Shown here one piece after another: positions 1 to 15,186 of a stretch of DNA of 64,000 nucleotides (positions within the stretch are counted from its first letter, which is position 1; each line of letters starts with the position of its first letter). The stretch covers positions 55,638 to 119,637 of the forward strand of contig MCFE01000238.1 in the NCBI GenBank assembly GCA_002104905.1, written 5' to 3'. Source of the stretch: Basidiobolus meristosporus CBS 931.73. Taxonomy: Eukaryota > Fungi > Basidiobolomycota. A program made the translations under genes and the position numbers. Under the pieces are notes generated by a model that made no database searches, was not told the origin of the DNA, and was given only the letters and a program-made list of their open reading frames with translations.

Positions 1-169
1 ATGGGTCATGCTACAAGCGCTAGGAAGGTGAGAACAAGCATATAACGTTGACTCTACATCCAAACTCACCTCAAGTATCTCCACGGAATAGAAAAAATGG
101 TGCCTCATCATCTCAGCCATAGTACTTCTAATCATCATCATTGTGGTGATTATTGTTCAAGTTAGTTGA
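1..169 (+). CDS. 3' end of a tail-anchored syntaxin/t-SNARE-like gene (partial; intron 28-91)
   Basis: Spliced reading MGHATSARK|KKWCLIISAIVLLIIIIVVIIVQVS*. A basic patch followed by a C-terminal hydrophobic anchor is typical of Sso1/syntaxin ends. GT-AG intron. Confidence 0.6.
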
Positions 170-785
170 AGGCTACACATTCAGGAATAAATTGACCAGA
201 TGCACGAAAGAGAGTTTGTCGGTGTATCTATGGTGTGATTCATGGATGAGTCGATCATGTTTGTATCAAGCTCAGGGAGTAATGAAAGAATGGGGTTGGA
301 TTGCCCTGTGAGGGATCGCTCGGGGATTGTGGAAAGAACTCATCTGCTTCTGTTGAACGGTGATGTAGAGATGTGGCTAGGAGCTATGGATATGACAAAA
401 TCCACACGATATTAGCATCCTTACAAATAGAGAAAGGAGTACAAGCATTTGTCGAGTTGGTCTGAATTTTTCAAGGAAGTATTCCTGCAATCCTGATCGA
501 TACCATTGGACTTTGTGCCCTTATAATTATCATGATGCAAGCTGGGAAATCCGGTGTACCGTGTGGAAAAGCCCAGCTTACCGACAAACATGCAGTGTCT
601 TGGTATTTTTCATTTATTTCGCCTGCTGCTTGAGATGGAGTAATGGGGAGGCAGCCAATACAATAATAACGCCACAAAGAAATAGATACAGAAAGCCTCA
701 TGATTCGATCGGCTCCAGACACGTTTAACTGTAGCTCAAACAAATGCCGCCCGGTCTGAGATGAAATTCCACAGGCAGGCCTATG

Positions 786-1511
786 TTACCAGATAGCGTT
801 TCCAAAGATCAAATCATCTGGGTCATCATGGCTGTAGCAGCTCAGCTTGCCTCTAACGTAGCTTTTGAAGATACTGTACAATCTCTCCTCCAACCGGTTC
901 TTTTTACTGAATTTCTCTCCTACATCAGTGAATGCAATTCTCTCAAAATTGACTCGAAATTTTTCAGAAAAGGTGTACGCAAACCATCGGTGGTGTGTTT
1001 CAATTAAATAAGGTTCAAACGACTCGACCAGAAGGTGAAGAGAGTTCCAGTCTTGCTTCTTATGAATAAAGAGTTTGTTATGTAAGGCATATGGTAGAAG
1101 AGTGGCATAGTGGACAACACGCATATCATAGACTGTTCGCCAGCCAGCAGAGTTGAAATCCAGCAGCGGTGGGGCGGTAGTTTCTACGTAGTTGAGGATG
1201 AATCCATCTTCCAGTGGTATTTTGAGTTGGTTCGCTATGGCAAGTCCTTTGGAAGGCCAGTGTTTGCAGTTGGTAAAATACCATTTCTTCACGAACATTC
1301 GATTGTCAAGTGCTTCATTTAAAAACTCGCAACTCGAACGTAAAGAACATACATCGCCCCAGTCGGTAACAGAAAGCACAATCATATGGATGATCTCCAG
1401 CGGAAGTTGGGCTATTGGGAAAGGCTTTGTTGTCATCTTGGATTGCGGGTTGTTGGAATTCAAGGTGCGAGTGTCTAGAAGCATGAATAACTCCCTGGCT
1501 GTGACTTGCAA
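786..1511 (-). CDS. F-box-like domain protein (true ATG probably downstream of the ORF-track start)
   Basis: 241-aa ORF with PIAQLPLEIIHMIVLSVTDWGDVCSLRSSC, an F-box-type LP.EI motif. Confidence 0.55.
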   Translation of the reverse strand: MQVTARELFMLLDTRTLNSNNPQSKMTTKPFPIAQLPLEIIHMIVLSVTDWGDVCSLRSSCEFLNEALDNRMFVKKWYFTNCKHWPSKGLAIANQLKIPLEDGFILNYVETTAPPLLDFNSAGWRTVYDMRVVHYATLLPYALHNKLFIHKKQDWNSLHLLVESFEPYLIETHHRWFAYTFSEKFRVNFERIAFTDVGEKFSKKNRLEERLYSIFKSYVRGKLSCYSHDDPDDLIFGNAIW

Positions 1512-2399
1512 AATAGGGGCCCACTATAAGAGGCAACTACCAATGGTAACAAAACAATCACATTGTCATTGAGCGCAGCAACTACGAAATTTTGTCAGAT
1601 GAAACAAGGTGACCGGGGATTTCCATTTCATCATATGGATTGCTGGGTATTCATGGAAAATCACTCACATGGCTCGCCAGTCCAACCGGTTGGGGTGTAA
1701 ATATATACATTTATCAAATTTATTTTACATACCATTTGATAGCCAAGCCAAGCACCAATCTGAATGCAGCAGCAACGATTCCTCAGGCTTGCTCACAGTA
1801 GCCAGGAAACTCAGCATGTAAATTAAGATGGGGAGCTGATGTTGAGAGGTGTGGTGACTAATCACGACCAGGCCGCTCCTTCAGACATGGTGCTGTGTGT
1901 GGGCTAACAGCTTTTCCCACTGGGCGGAGGTTACCACCGCCACTACAAACCGAGGACTCGACAGAGAACGATGCAGTGGTAGCTCGAACAACTCATGTCA
2001 ATTGTAGTATGGTGCCTTCACTTGGGAAGTCTAGAATGGTGAAATGCTTTGCACTGCAAATATATATGCTATAGAACCGATTGCTCAGATATCATGATGT
2101 GCTTAAATTAAAACCAAGTCTGCTCAAACCATTATGGTAAATCATCCAACTGAAATAGGAATATGGGCTCGTTACGAAGTTTCATGCATTTCAAACCGTG
2201 TTTCTTGGAAACCCTGATATTTTTATATATTGTGGTTATTTGCACTTGAGATTTCATCCACTCTGGTCCTTGAAATTCAACCGAATTTTTTTCTTACCTG
2301 AAACTGGTTGGAATTGGTATATCACACGAACAATATAGCACGCCCTAAGTTAGCAACCTTGAGCATTGTGAGCATTTTAGCAGAAGAAATAAAGCCAGT

Positions 2400-4707
<2,308 letters not shown>

Positions 4708-4954
4708 ATACTTTTATAAAGTCACCACTTGCGATCACGAACTGCCCTAGGCACATTTCATGGGGTGAAGCGTGCAATTATGGACACGAACGGCTTTTTG
4801 TCCGACACGAATAATAGCCGATATTGACACTACTCTTAGAGACGGACTAATAAAACCCGGATAGATCAACGTTAGATGTCTGCTTGTTGTTAAGAAAATA
4901 ACCCTCGTGCTCAAGTATTTATTAATCCTGTGTGTTATAAATGATATAGTTGCT

Positions 4955-5536
4955 TTAAACGACTCCTGTCTTTCTGGTAAATTTAAACATCCTATTCAAG
5001 GACTTCTTAAAAGATACTGCTGGCTTGGTCCGCTTGTATGAATCAAGGTATTCAATTTGTCGATTGTTGAATGCCCCTCGGCGTTTGGCTCGAATAAATT
5101 CAATTGCATTCAATGATTCCATACCTGACTCAATCAGGGCTAAGGCGACCAAAACCGGGGCTCGACCGAGCCCTGCCACACAATGTATAGCGATGGTATT
5201 TGTTTCACCTTGCCTGTTGCGTTTGCCGCATGAGTCAACAAGGTTCAGCCATTTCTTGATAATCATTGAGGAAGGTATGCTCCCGTCTGGAAATGGCAGG
5301 TCATGAATAGCAATACCAGCGTTAATAAGCGGCTCAGTGGAATAGGTGGGCTCGCAAACTCGTACTACGTCTGTCACAAGATAATGGTGGAATTCACGAA
5401 GATAAATCTGGATGTTGGAGTTTGTTGGACAATCCAGGATAAGAAAACGAAGGTCTTTGTACTCGATAAAAGAAACCAAAGCGTCCAGAACAGATGCTTT
5501 AGGTTGCTGGGGCTTGGTGCGAAGTTCAGCGGGCAT
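4955..5536 (-). CDS. PTP4A: PRL/PTP4A-family protein tyrosine phosphatase (intronless)
   Basis: LRFLILDCPT, VVRVCEPTY, FPDG, the HCVAGLGRAPVLVA P-loop and RRGAFNNRQ are all PRL-family motifs. Confidence 0.9.
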   Translation of the reverse strand: MPAELRTKPQQPKASVLDALVSFIEYKDLRFLILDCPTNSNIQIYLREFHHYLVTDVVRVCEPTYSTEPLINAGIAIHDLPFPDGSIPSSMIIKKWLNLVDSCGKRNRQGETNTIAIHCVAGLGRAPVLVALALIESGMESLNAIEFIRAKRRGAFNNRQIEYLDSYKRTKPAVSFKKSLNRMFKFTRKTGVV

Positions 5537-6580
5537 TATGGAAAAGTCTTGCTAGCGCGCGAATAAACGTTGATTGATTTCAGTAGTTAACCGTCACCGA
5601 CTGTTGGTGAGTGTTGGGCTACGCAGAAGGTAATGGTTTGGCGTGAGATAGCGATAGAGAGGATAAGTGCAGGTGAATATTGAACAATTGAATGTCTGTC
5701 CTGGTAATGGGCCTTTCTCATGTTACGTTGGTACGGAATACAGGAGGGACCTTGTGATAAAAACTGGAGTGTTGATTGTTCTTTGGAGGAGGTAATCCTT
5801 TTTTGAGTTGAATTCAGTGACCAACCACTTGTATTTATACATTCCCAAATAAATTATACATAAACAAATGCCATCACAAAGATGCCCGATACACATGTAC
5901 ATATTCTTATAGTACTGATGATAATTTTGATGGCGAATATGATTGGAGTATCAATCTAATTAGAATATCTAACCGTTAATCAGGAGCGTATTTGAGATTA
6001 ATAATAGCGCGTAAACTAAGGGGTTGAGACTCGTTGACGAATCAGCAGGCGGGAGGCTTCAACGAGTGACGCAGCATGCTGAGGCCTCGAATCAAGTAAT
6101 CAACACCCGTTCTTATGGAACGGTGATACCAAATTAAGGAACCCTTGTGACGAAACAGCACCAAGTAGCAGTCAAATACAGTCAGAGTGATGTAATCCTA
6201 TTTTCCAATGATCAGAATTGCTGGACTGCATATGTTGATCAAGTGATGTTCTGACCAAGCAGCAAGTAGTGACGATTACAAACCAAAACTTGTTGTCTGA
6301 AAGATGGGTGTGGTACGTATGCCGTTTCTCATATTCAATGGAACATTCAATTCGACAGTTTTGTTTGTTCAAATGCGGGATGTGGAACAACTCTGTTAAG
6401 TCTAAATGCTAGAATCTGCAGTATATTAGAATACTCTAAATTGTTATATTATTCAAATAAAGTTAAAGCCAGATCAGTGATGTGTGTTTCTTGAATGAAT
6501 TCAGATCAGGTCAGTGCTGGGCTATTTAGTATTCATACATGAATTAATCTCAATATTAATATACAGGCAGGTGATGAGAC

Positions 6581-7516
6581 TTAGAAGAATCCATGATGAT
6601 GGTGATGATGATGGTGGTGGGGGTGTCCGAAAGGTCCATAAAAACCTGAATATCCATATCGACCATAATGATGATGCCGACCCCGACCCATTCCTAGCAA
6701 TTCGCCGGCAGCTAGGCCTATTGCAAGTCCACCCAAACCACCACCGGCTATAGAGGTCATGTTACTTTTAGATGGTGCACTGGTGGACAGGTTTGTGGTA
6801 GGTTGCATAGTAGGTGGTGGCAAGTAGTAGTTTGATTGATTGGGCAGACTTCCATATGTTGTCGAGGGAACAGAACCACTGCCTGTGCCGAGGTATCTAC
6901 TACCAGCTGCAGGATTCAAATCCATTTGGTTTGTATTACCAACCAAATCTAAATATGAGCTAGCGGTACCTTGAGGCTCAGTTACTTTTTGCGAAGAATA
7001 GCGTTGGGAAGATTGAGAAGTGGCTTCGTAGGGAGGCTCATTGATACGCGGTGTATTAAAAGGGTTGTTTGAATTCATGGGTGGATAAGCACTTTGACTA
7101 GGTTGAGCTGACGCGTTCGAGGAATTCTCGAAAACACCCGGGTTTTCCAGGCTCATGCTGCTTTGTGAGGCGTACGCAATGCAATCACTTGGTGAAGGCA
7201 TCACAATTCTAGGGTTCTCATCAGAATATCCGTGACCAGGAATAGGTATAGGCATTGTAGTGCTTTTTGTAGAATCTTGCTCTAAATCTGGGAAAACAAG
7301 ACGTGGATCTTCCCAGGTTACCGTTCCGGAAGACGTTTCTGTAGTGACTGTTAATTTGAGATCAAGGAAATTGAGTTATGTTTACTTACCTATGAAGTAC
7401 GTTTTACCCGAAAGTTGGTCAGTTTGAGCAGTCCTTAATATGAGGTTTGATGTTAGAGGGAGCCGAGAAATATAGTACAATAGAAATTACCATCCATAAG
7501 GCAAAGGTGAGTCCAT
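6581..7516 (-). CDS. WW-domain protein with Gly/His-rich C-terminus (Wwm1-like; 2 introns)
   Basis: Spliced N-terminus MDSPLPYGWTAQTDQLSGKTYFIVTTETSSGTVTWEDPR forms a WW domain. It joins the 6581-7255 ORF ending GGLGGLAIGLAAGELLG..HHHHHHHHHGFF. Confidence 0.75.
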
Positions 7517-9414
7517 GATAAGATGATACTTTGATGAAAACAAATATAAAGATTTCTACAGCAATGAGGTGGGACGAATTTATATATTGATATCACTTGG
7601 CTCTAATAATTGATATCATTATTATACGTTATTGGCGAACTATATAGGTGCTAAATATTTGAATCAAAGCTTGTCTTCAAAACTGGAAAGATAAATGCAA
7701 ATTAATATGTCAAGGTCTTGACTTTGGCAAGTCATAATGTAGACGATACGTGAGGTATATTACCAATTGCAGAAAGTCACACTAAATAACCGTTGAGCCA
7801 TGTGTAAAAATTGGCTTAAATGTCATGAAAAATTCAGGAGCTTTCCAACTATACTGCGCACAATTTAATATTATCAATACAATAGTCAAAATAGACAGTC
7901 CTGCTGAGCCAAGAGTCAGATGATGCTTACGAAGTTTCCTTGTCCATTCATGCGAACAATATCTAAGTTCCTTTACATTGTTCAGATTAGACATTGCTGC
8001 CAAGATCGCCTTGTGCCAATAGCTTGACTTTAACGCTGATCATATGAATGCTGCGTATTCAATTAACAATTTCATTTTTTCAGCTGTTGTTAAGGGTAAC
8101 ATCTTCACCACGGAGCTACTGAAGTAACTGGTTCATACCAATTATACTATGCGTATGTATAGACATTTGGACATTAACACACTTGTTGATACTAACGTGC
8201 TACTGATAATCAGAGTTTTCCACTCTGGCTAGTTTAACTTCTGAACGATTTAGAAAAACAACATAATATCCGTCAAAACTAGTGAACACCACTAAGCATC
8301 AATATTCTCTAGAACCAGATCTTCATCGTATTTCGAAACAGATCGTTTAGCTGTTTTCTAGAGTTACGATGGTTATTCGTGCAGCTAATAGTCGTCCAAC
8401 TACACACTGGTTTATCGCTTTTGCACATGGTGAATTGAATGTACTCCGTGTTTCCTTGGTTCCTGAATACCACACATAATCACAAGACCTGCAATTCAAA
8501 CTCCAGCGGAGAAAATCGGAAACCTTAGGCCCACTATACCATAGCTGTGCCGAAGCTTTGAAGGCACTAAAATCCTGGAGTTTCGACCTGGATGCTCCAT
8601 TTGGTAAGCACCCAGTGAGAGACGAAGTCTTGAGTATAAAGCCATATCAGGTACAATATTGAAAACTCGATCACTTTCAGCTGATCTAGAGCATGCCTAA
8701 TTGAAACGCCGTCAATTTCGGACTCTTGCGTCCATACTGTAACCCAAACTACTACCTTGGCTCGTGAAAGGAATGAGAATTCGAAGAATCGAGGCGCTTT
8801 AAGGATACGAAGTCATTGATTCAAACTGTGTCATATTAAGCATATATATGAACACATCTAGCCATGTATACCCCCGTTCCATATATATTTATCTATTCGA
8901 TATTGGAATGATTTATTGTTAGAAATGGATGAGGTCAATCGTAATATACCGATATTTATTTTATCATGAATCGTATATTATTCAATCATTTGATCCTTCC
9001 AAGCATTGAAATTGTAACCACCTTATTGGGGGCAATGAATGGGCTCCTCCTTTTATTGATAATTATGTTTAATATCAATTAACAAATTCATCTCAAAGGG
9101 ATGTTATCAGGCTAACATTACAACACATATGTTTCTCGAAGTAACTAATAGCGAACATTAGCTTTCGCCATGTGTCGTAAAGTCGAAACATCAATTGATA
9201 GAATGTGCGTTGACATTCTGTGGAGCAATTCAAATCAATTTAGTATATATAAAAATTGGAAAATCTTAATCGGATCGGGCACGTGCCTCTAGCTCTTTCG
9301 TAAGCCGAGTCATGAAAAAGGTGCTTGTAGTATCCATTAAATCCAAGCATCTATTGATAACACTGTATCTCTTTCGTACTCCTTCCAATACCTATATACG
9401 ATACATCGCACATA

Positions 9415-12316
9415 ATGAGTTCACGCGTGAACCCTCCAATTCGTTCGAAATACAATAAAGACGAACCAGATGAAGTGAAGAACCTTCGCAAACTCTATGC
9501 TACTCAGCTGTCAACTTTGAAAGAGCTATTTACCGAATGGTCAGAGGAGGATTTACTTTTTGCCATACAAGAAGCCAGTGGAGATTTAGAAGTTGCTATC
9601 GACAGAATCAGCGAAGGTAAGACCTGAACCACATATTATAACCATCATCTGTTATTGATGTTTTTGGTCACTTGACAACCATTAGGGCATGCTAGCCAAT
9701 GGGGCGAAGTCAAAGGAAAGAAGACTAAAAAGCCACACAGCGACAGATCTACTGTAACTCAGCCACCTTTAGATAAGCTTCCACCTGCAGCAAGGAATAC
9801 TGGAACAAGTGAGCGTTCAAAGGCGTGTATGTATTGAATTTTTTCAACCTTAATACGAGCAAATTTATTGACTTTCGTTCTTCGGATACAGCGGCGTATA
9901 AAGGCAAAGGGTCCCGTGCTCCAAGATCTATAGAGAAATCTAAGATGCTATCTTACAATTCTGCTAAACCCGTAACACTAGACTCTCATGGTATTCTATA
10001 GCTGTTTGACATCAATATTTGACATTCGACTTATATTTGGCTGAAACCTGATCTAGAAACTGCCAAAACATACGAGCAATTAGCCAGCCAAGCTAAGAGA
10101 CTTCCCCAGGACTCTGATATTGCCCACACAACATCGAAAAACGAAATCCATGCGTCACTGGATTCTTCCGCTTGGGGTCCTTTAAAATTGAAGAATGAGT
10201 TTCAAGGACCAAAGACATTAGATCCCGCACAACTATCGAGCTCACAGAGAGATATTTCTACATCGTCGAGGCAATTTCAACCATCTACACAACCGAAAGT
10301 CTCTTGGGCACAAATTGTTAAGTATGTTTCCACAAAGTAGGCCGTTAATAGTCTAGTCGCATGCTAATCCCATCTCGCGATCAGACCTGTAGCCGCCCCT
10401 CCACAGCCTGTCAAAGCCAACCTCCCATCCGACCAAAAACTCAAAACCAAGCCATATCTGCCAGAGAAAACCATTTCTTCCGATAATACCAATATTCAAG
10501 ATTCAACACTCAGACACGAAAACCATCCAACCGAATCTCAGGAGCAATACAACCACGACGCAGCGCCCTCGTCTGTAAAAATCGCAGAAGTAGAAAAACC
10601 TGCTGCCGTTGTTGAGGAACCGCAAGAAGCTATTAAGCCTGTTTCCATTACAGCTGGTACTGACGGGACAGACGAGCCTCAAAGTCAAGATCATCCCGTA
10701 CGATATGATACTGATTCGAAACCCCAGGCAATATCCCCAACTACCAAGACAAAGCCTGCAAACAATCGTAAATTTAAGCAGGATTCACCAGTTGTCATGC
10801 CAAGCGGAAACTCGAACTTGGAGCGAATTGGTGTTCAGTTTGGAAGTTTAACACTTTCTTCTCGCTCAGACAAGATTATCCAAACTTCACAGAAATCGGA
10901 TCGGTATATACTTTCTACATGAAGCGTCTTTTAAGGTCATGGATGCTGAATAATTATGTTTTTAGTATTGCCACGGAGGCCTCCGCAACCAAGAAGCCAT
11001 CACCAGATGTCTTGGAAAAACCATCCGAAGTGTTACCCGAGAAAATGTCACCTCAACCCGCCAGTGTCAAGACTGATGTTGCAACCGCTTCGAATAATGC
11101 AAGCGCTTCAGCCGAAACCAAAAACGAGCTAGAGGCATTGGAACCTTCTGAGTCTGCTCCTGAAAATGCAAATGATATCAAAACCCATGATGGCGCTCAA
11201 ACTAATCAATCGAGTTCCGAAGCAACGAACACCACTGCGCAAAATCAAAACACTCAAGGAGCACAGCCTTCTGGTTTACCTATCATGAATGCATTCGGCA
11301 GACAAAACGGGCAGCACAATTCACCATACCTTGGCCAGCCCCATATGAGCAATCCAGACTTGCTGAACTCATATGGATCGTACATGGGTGGTGGGCAACC
11401 CCAAAGTCAATTCTCTAACTTCGGTATGGGCCCTATGGGCGACTATGGAGCCACTCTTTACGGCAATGAGGCTCAAAGGGCGTTGATGGTAGGTCGTTCT
11501 AATATATCCCAATATCACCAGATTATTCAGTTTCGATCTTAGGGATATTACGAGCCATATGGTCAGATCCCATCGAATTTCCAGCGTGACGGTAGACTTC
11601 AAATGCAAGATCCCATGGCTACTCCTTCTTCCAGCCAAGCCGCTCAGAGCGCTACACTTACCTCCCAAGCCTCACCACAGCCGCAATCTCAGCAGCTACA
11701 GCAGCCCTCGTATCATGAGCTGGCAGGCATTCCTTATTATCCGTATTACTATGTTCCCAATCAGTTCCATTCTCCAGCTTATCAGCAATCCGGGTATGGT
11801 CAACCCTTTATGAACAAAAACCTTTATCCATACTACGGGAACCAGCAATCAAGCAAGCCTGGCTCCAACAACTCCGGCTCCCCATATACTTCATCAGCCT
11901 ATCCCTCCAATTCGCTTAACCAACCAGGCTCATATGCTCAAGGAGCACCCGGGGTTAGCAGATTTGATGATATTTCCTTGAGTGGGGGTAACAACAGCGG
12001 AATTGAAAGTGGCGAGTATCCGAAGGGCTACAAATCCGATCTTCCCTTGCAAGGATTCTTGGGATCCAGTGGTGGACAGCAACAGAGCTCGGAGGCATCG
12101 AAAAATACTTCTGGACAGGCCGCTCATGAATCGCCTTACAAGAACTACTCGGAAGCTAGCAATATTTATGGTCAAAATCTTCAAGGCGGGCAGTACGGTG
12201 GCTACCAACAGCAAATGTATGGCGGCTACCAACAATACCAACAGTATCATATGCAGCAACAACAAAGTGGAGGTTATCCCCATCAGCAAAGTAGAAATCA
12301 GGGCTACTGGTCCTGA
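9415..12316 (+). CDS. CUE/UBA-domain low-complexity protein, Def1/UBAP2(L)-like (multi-exon)
   Basis: N-terminal LKELFTEWSEEDLLFAIQEASGDLEVAIDRISEG|HASQWGEVK, internal PVVMPSG..IGVQFGSL motif, Q/Y/G-rich C-terminus. Confidence 0.75.
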
Positions 12317-12770
12317 AGTGGCGTGTCAATACTGAATCTTGCAAAAGCACCAGTCTTACTCTACCGTCGATTCCTCGATTCCTATCACGATTGTATTTTT
12401 TGTAGTGTAGAACTTTTATATCGCCTTTAGTATCATAGTCTGTTCGACGTTTGTTGCCAATAAAGCGCATTGAACTGAGCCAACATTATTCCAATTTCCC
12501 CTTGCGAAGCGTATATAAGACGCAAAATGGAGGGCCTGATATTGCCAGAATTGGCATTTTGTGCAAGGAAAATCGAATGGCTCATACATTTGTACTCGAC
12601 ATGCAGCATGGAGATTTCTTGTCAGGGCATCTGTATGCCTGAATTTAATCGAACTACAAACTTTATTGAATGCGTATCAAAGAGGTAAATTGTAGATATG
12701 TTACTGGCATAAATAAATTCGGTTGCTTTCAGGAAAGAATGGTACACAGTGAAATTTAACTTCGCTCATC

Positions 12771-13971
12771 TTACCACCAGAAAGAGTGCGTACTTTTAAC
12801 TTGACTCATCTCCACAGCGAATCCTACGACAACTCTGGAGAATTGTAAGCAATGATTAAAATCAATAGTTTCCACAGTATCGCGAGTGGTGTGGATGTTA
12901 GGGTTTGATTCCAAATTATCACTTTCGTAGTTGAATGCAGAGCGATAACCAGCCTTGAACCAAGAGGCGTGATCAGAGCAGGCATATCCGCACTTCATCT
13001 CCTTCCAAGGGATAGTAGCGTATTGCTCAACCAATTTCTTGACAAAAGTAGCTAGCTCTGGGTCAGTGTTGTCCATACCGATTCCATATACGGGTTTTGA
13101 TGAGCCAGGGAATCCAGTCATATCAGAGTGCAGATTTCCGACGACCTTGCGTCCCAGGCGTCTATATTCACGAGCAACGGCTTGAGAACCGAGTAAACCG
13201 GCTTCTTCAGCAGCATACCAATGGAACTCGACAGGGCGTTGTGGAGCAAATCCATTATTAACTAAAACTCGGAATGCTTCAAGAACAGTCACAGTTCCAC
13301 TTCCATCGTCATCAGCACCAGGGGCAGCACCAAACCAGGGAAGCCACTGGTTAATAGAATCTTGATGAGCACTAAGGATCACGGTCTCATCATTGCCCTC
13401 CTCGGTTCCTTCAAATCGAGCAATAATGGAGCTCTGAGGCCATGAATGCTTGAAGAAGCGTGCGGTGACGTTGACTTTTGCACTAGAGTCGATGATTTCT
13501 TGGATTTGACTGAAGAGCCATCTAGAAGAGGCGGCGCCAGTCTCAGATTTGTAATAACGAGTCTTGAAAGAAGTCAATTTGGTCAGAGCCTGCTTCATGG
13601 GCTCAGTCTGAAGTTGACGAATATAGGACTTCACCAATTTTTGGTTAGTAGGTTTGCGAGGAATATCTAAAAAACAAGACTCAGTTGTTTGGACTTGCAC
13701 ACACTGGAATGGTTTGACCAAGAATACCAAATCTGGCGGGGACATCGAGGGCGGATAAATCTTGGTTCTCAGTGATATCCATAAAGCGGATTCCCATACG
13801 TATCAGTTGATTCACGTCGCTCTCACTTAACCAACGAGCAGGAGAGTCATCAGAGGTCTGAATAAGACGTAGCTCCTCACCACTGTTGCTGAGAAAAGGT
13901 TGTTGATAGGCAAGCGCCTGGAAAGGTAAGAGAAGGGCAGTTAAGGTTACAAGTCGTGATAGATGAACCAT
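12771..13971 (-). CDS. Secreted M28 leucine aminopeptidase (1 intron)
   Basis: Signal peptide MVHLSRLVTLTALLLPFQALA. SAHQDS, GADDDGSG, AAEEAGLLGS, HSDMTG, YACSDHASW and NPNIHT give the M28 zinc ligands. Confidence 0.92.
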
Positions 13972-15186
13972 GGTAGGTTGGGTGGAAAGGGAATAAACTA
14001 ACAAACCTGTCAAGCGCAAATTAAATATTGAAATATCTGATGCGAAGGCTAATCTTGGTATAGGATGACGAGTACATTGAATAGGAGATCATAAGCCGCA
14101 ATGAGGTACGTCATGAGAAATCACAAGTTCATACAACCACTACAGATCAAACATTTTCCGAGACAAACGAAATCGCCTTGAAGGCAAATCATTGACGAAG
14201 CCAAACAATAACCTGTTCCTTCACTGAGCCTGAGCAAGGAGTATGCCCAGGATATACAGATCAGGTACCAAGTGTGGTGGTTTTAGATTCACGAGCGACA
14301 GGCACTCTAAAAAGCTAGTTACACTATAGCAGTTACTTAATTAATCAGACTAATGAATTTCATCGTACATTAATTAATGGAGCGTATGGTCTTACTAAGT
14401 GGATGAGGCTCACTGCTTGAGCACACCAAGCCATGGGTAGCTGATGGCAGTTGCGGTAGCCATCTCGAGTGGGCTAGCTATTTTCCGTGCCATGAGAGCG
14501 CCAAGCAATGCACCGTTCTAGAGATTTATCAGTAGGGTGTCACATCGGCTGGTGTATAGAAATAGAACTTATAAATAATCTCTATTTTTATTTCAGCAGC
14601 CAGACTTAAGCTTGGGAAACCGAGGGGCATCTCTATAGCATATGAATCGTAGATGTTACATGACTTTCTTTTTTAGGCTGGCGAAATAATTCTACTTGAA
14701 TAATAATGTGCGAACTATTTTTGGACTGAATGATATCCCCTCCACCAATATGCTTCCTTCGTAATAAACACAATGTATACCAGAAATTAATTTTGTCCAG
14801 TATATTATTTTAGGATTCATTCAAAACCTTGAGGAAGTATATTTTTCTTCCCATTAGGCACCTCCACACATCTCTGTTGTCTCCCAGCCTTACGAGTTCG
14901 TCTCCATTTGTTTTATAATACCCAAGAAAAGAACCAAGCCTCATTTACTGATTCTTTCCCAGCGTATATTCGGCCCCAAGTATTCGCGGAGTTTTCACCT
15001 GGAACACCTGTTTTTCCCCATTTTGCATTTACCTTTGAGCTATCAGGTTTCCCCCAAATCTAATTCGACTCGACAAGTAGTTGGTGCTAATTGCCGCAAC
15101 TAGAACAAGCGAATTTACACCTTCACATTTAGTAAGCTTACATTTCCCTTCCGACTTCTGCTATTTTTCCAAAAGCTTTTGAATGT

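Noticed and set aside
1830-1942. Cluster of short hairpins (GGAGC/GCTCC, GTGGG/CCCAC, GGCGG/CCGCC) and an ACAGAGA nearby at about 1961
   Set aside because: Stems are only 4-5 bp, with no match to snRNA, SRP, RNase P or MRP consensus motifs that I can recognise.
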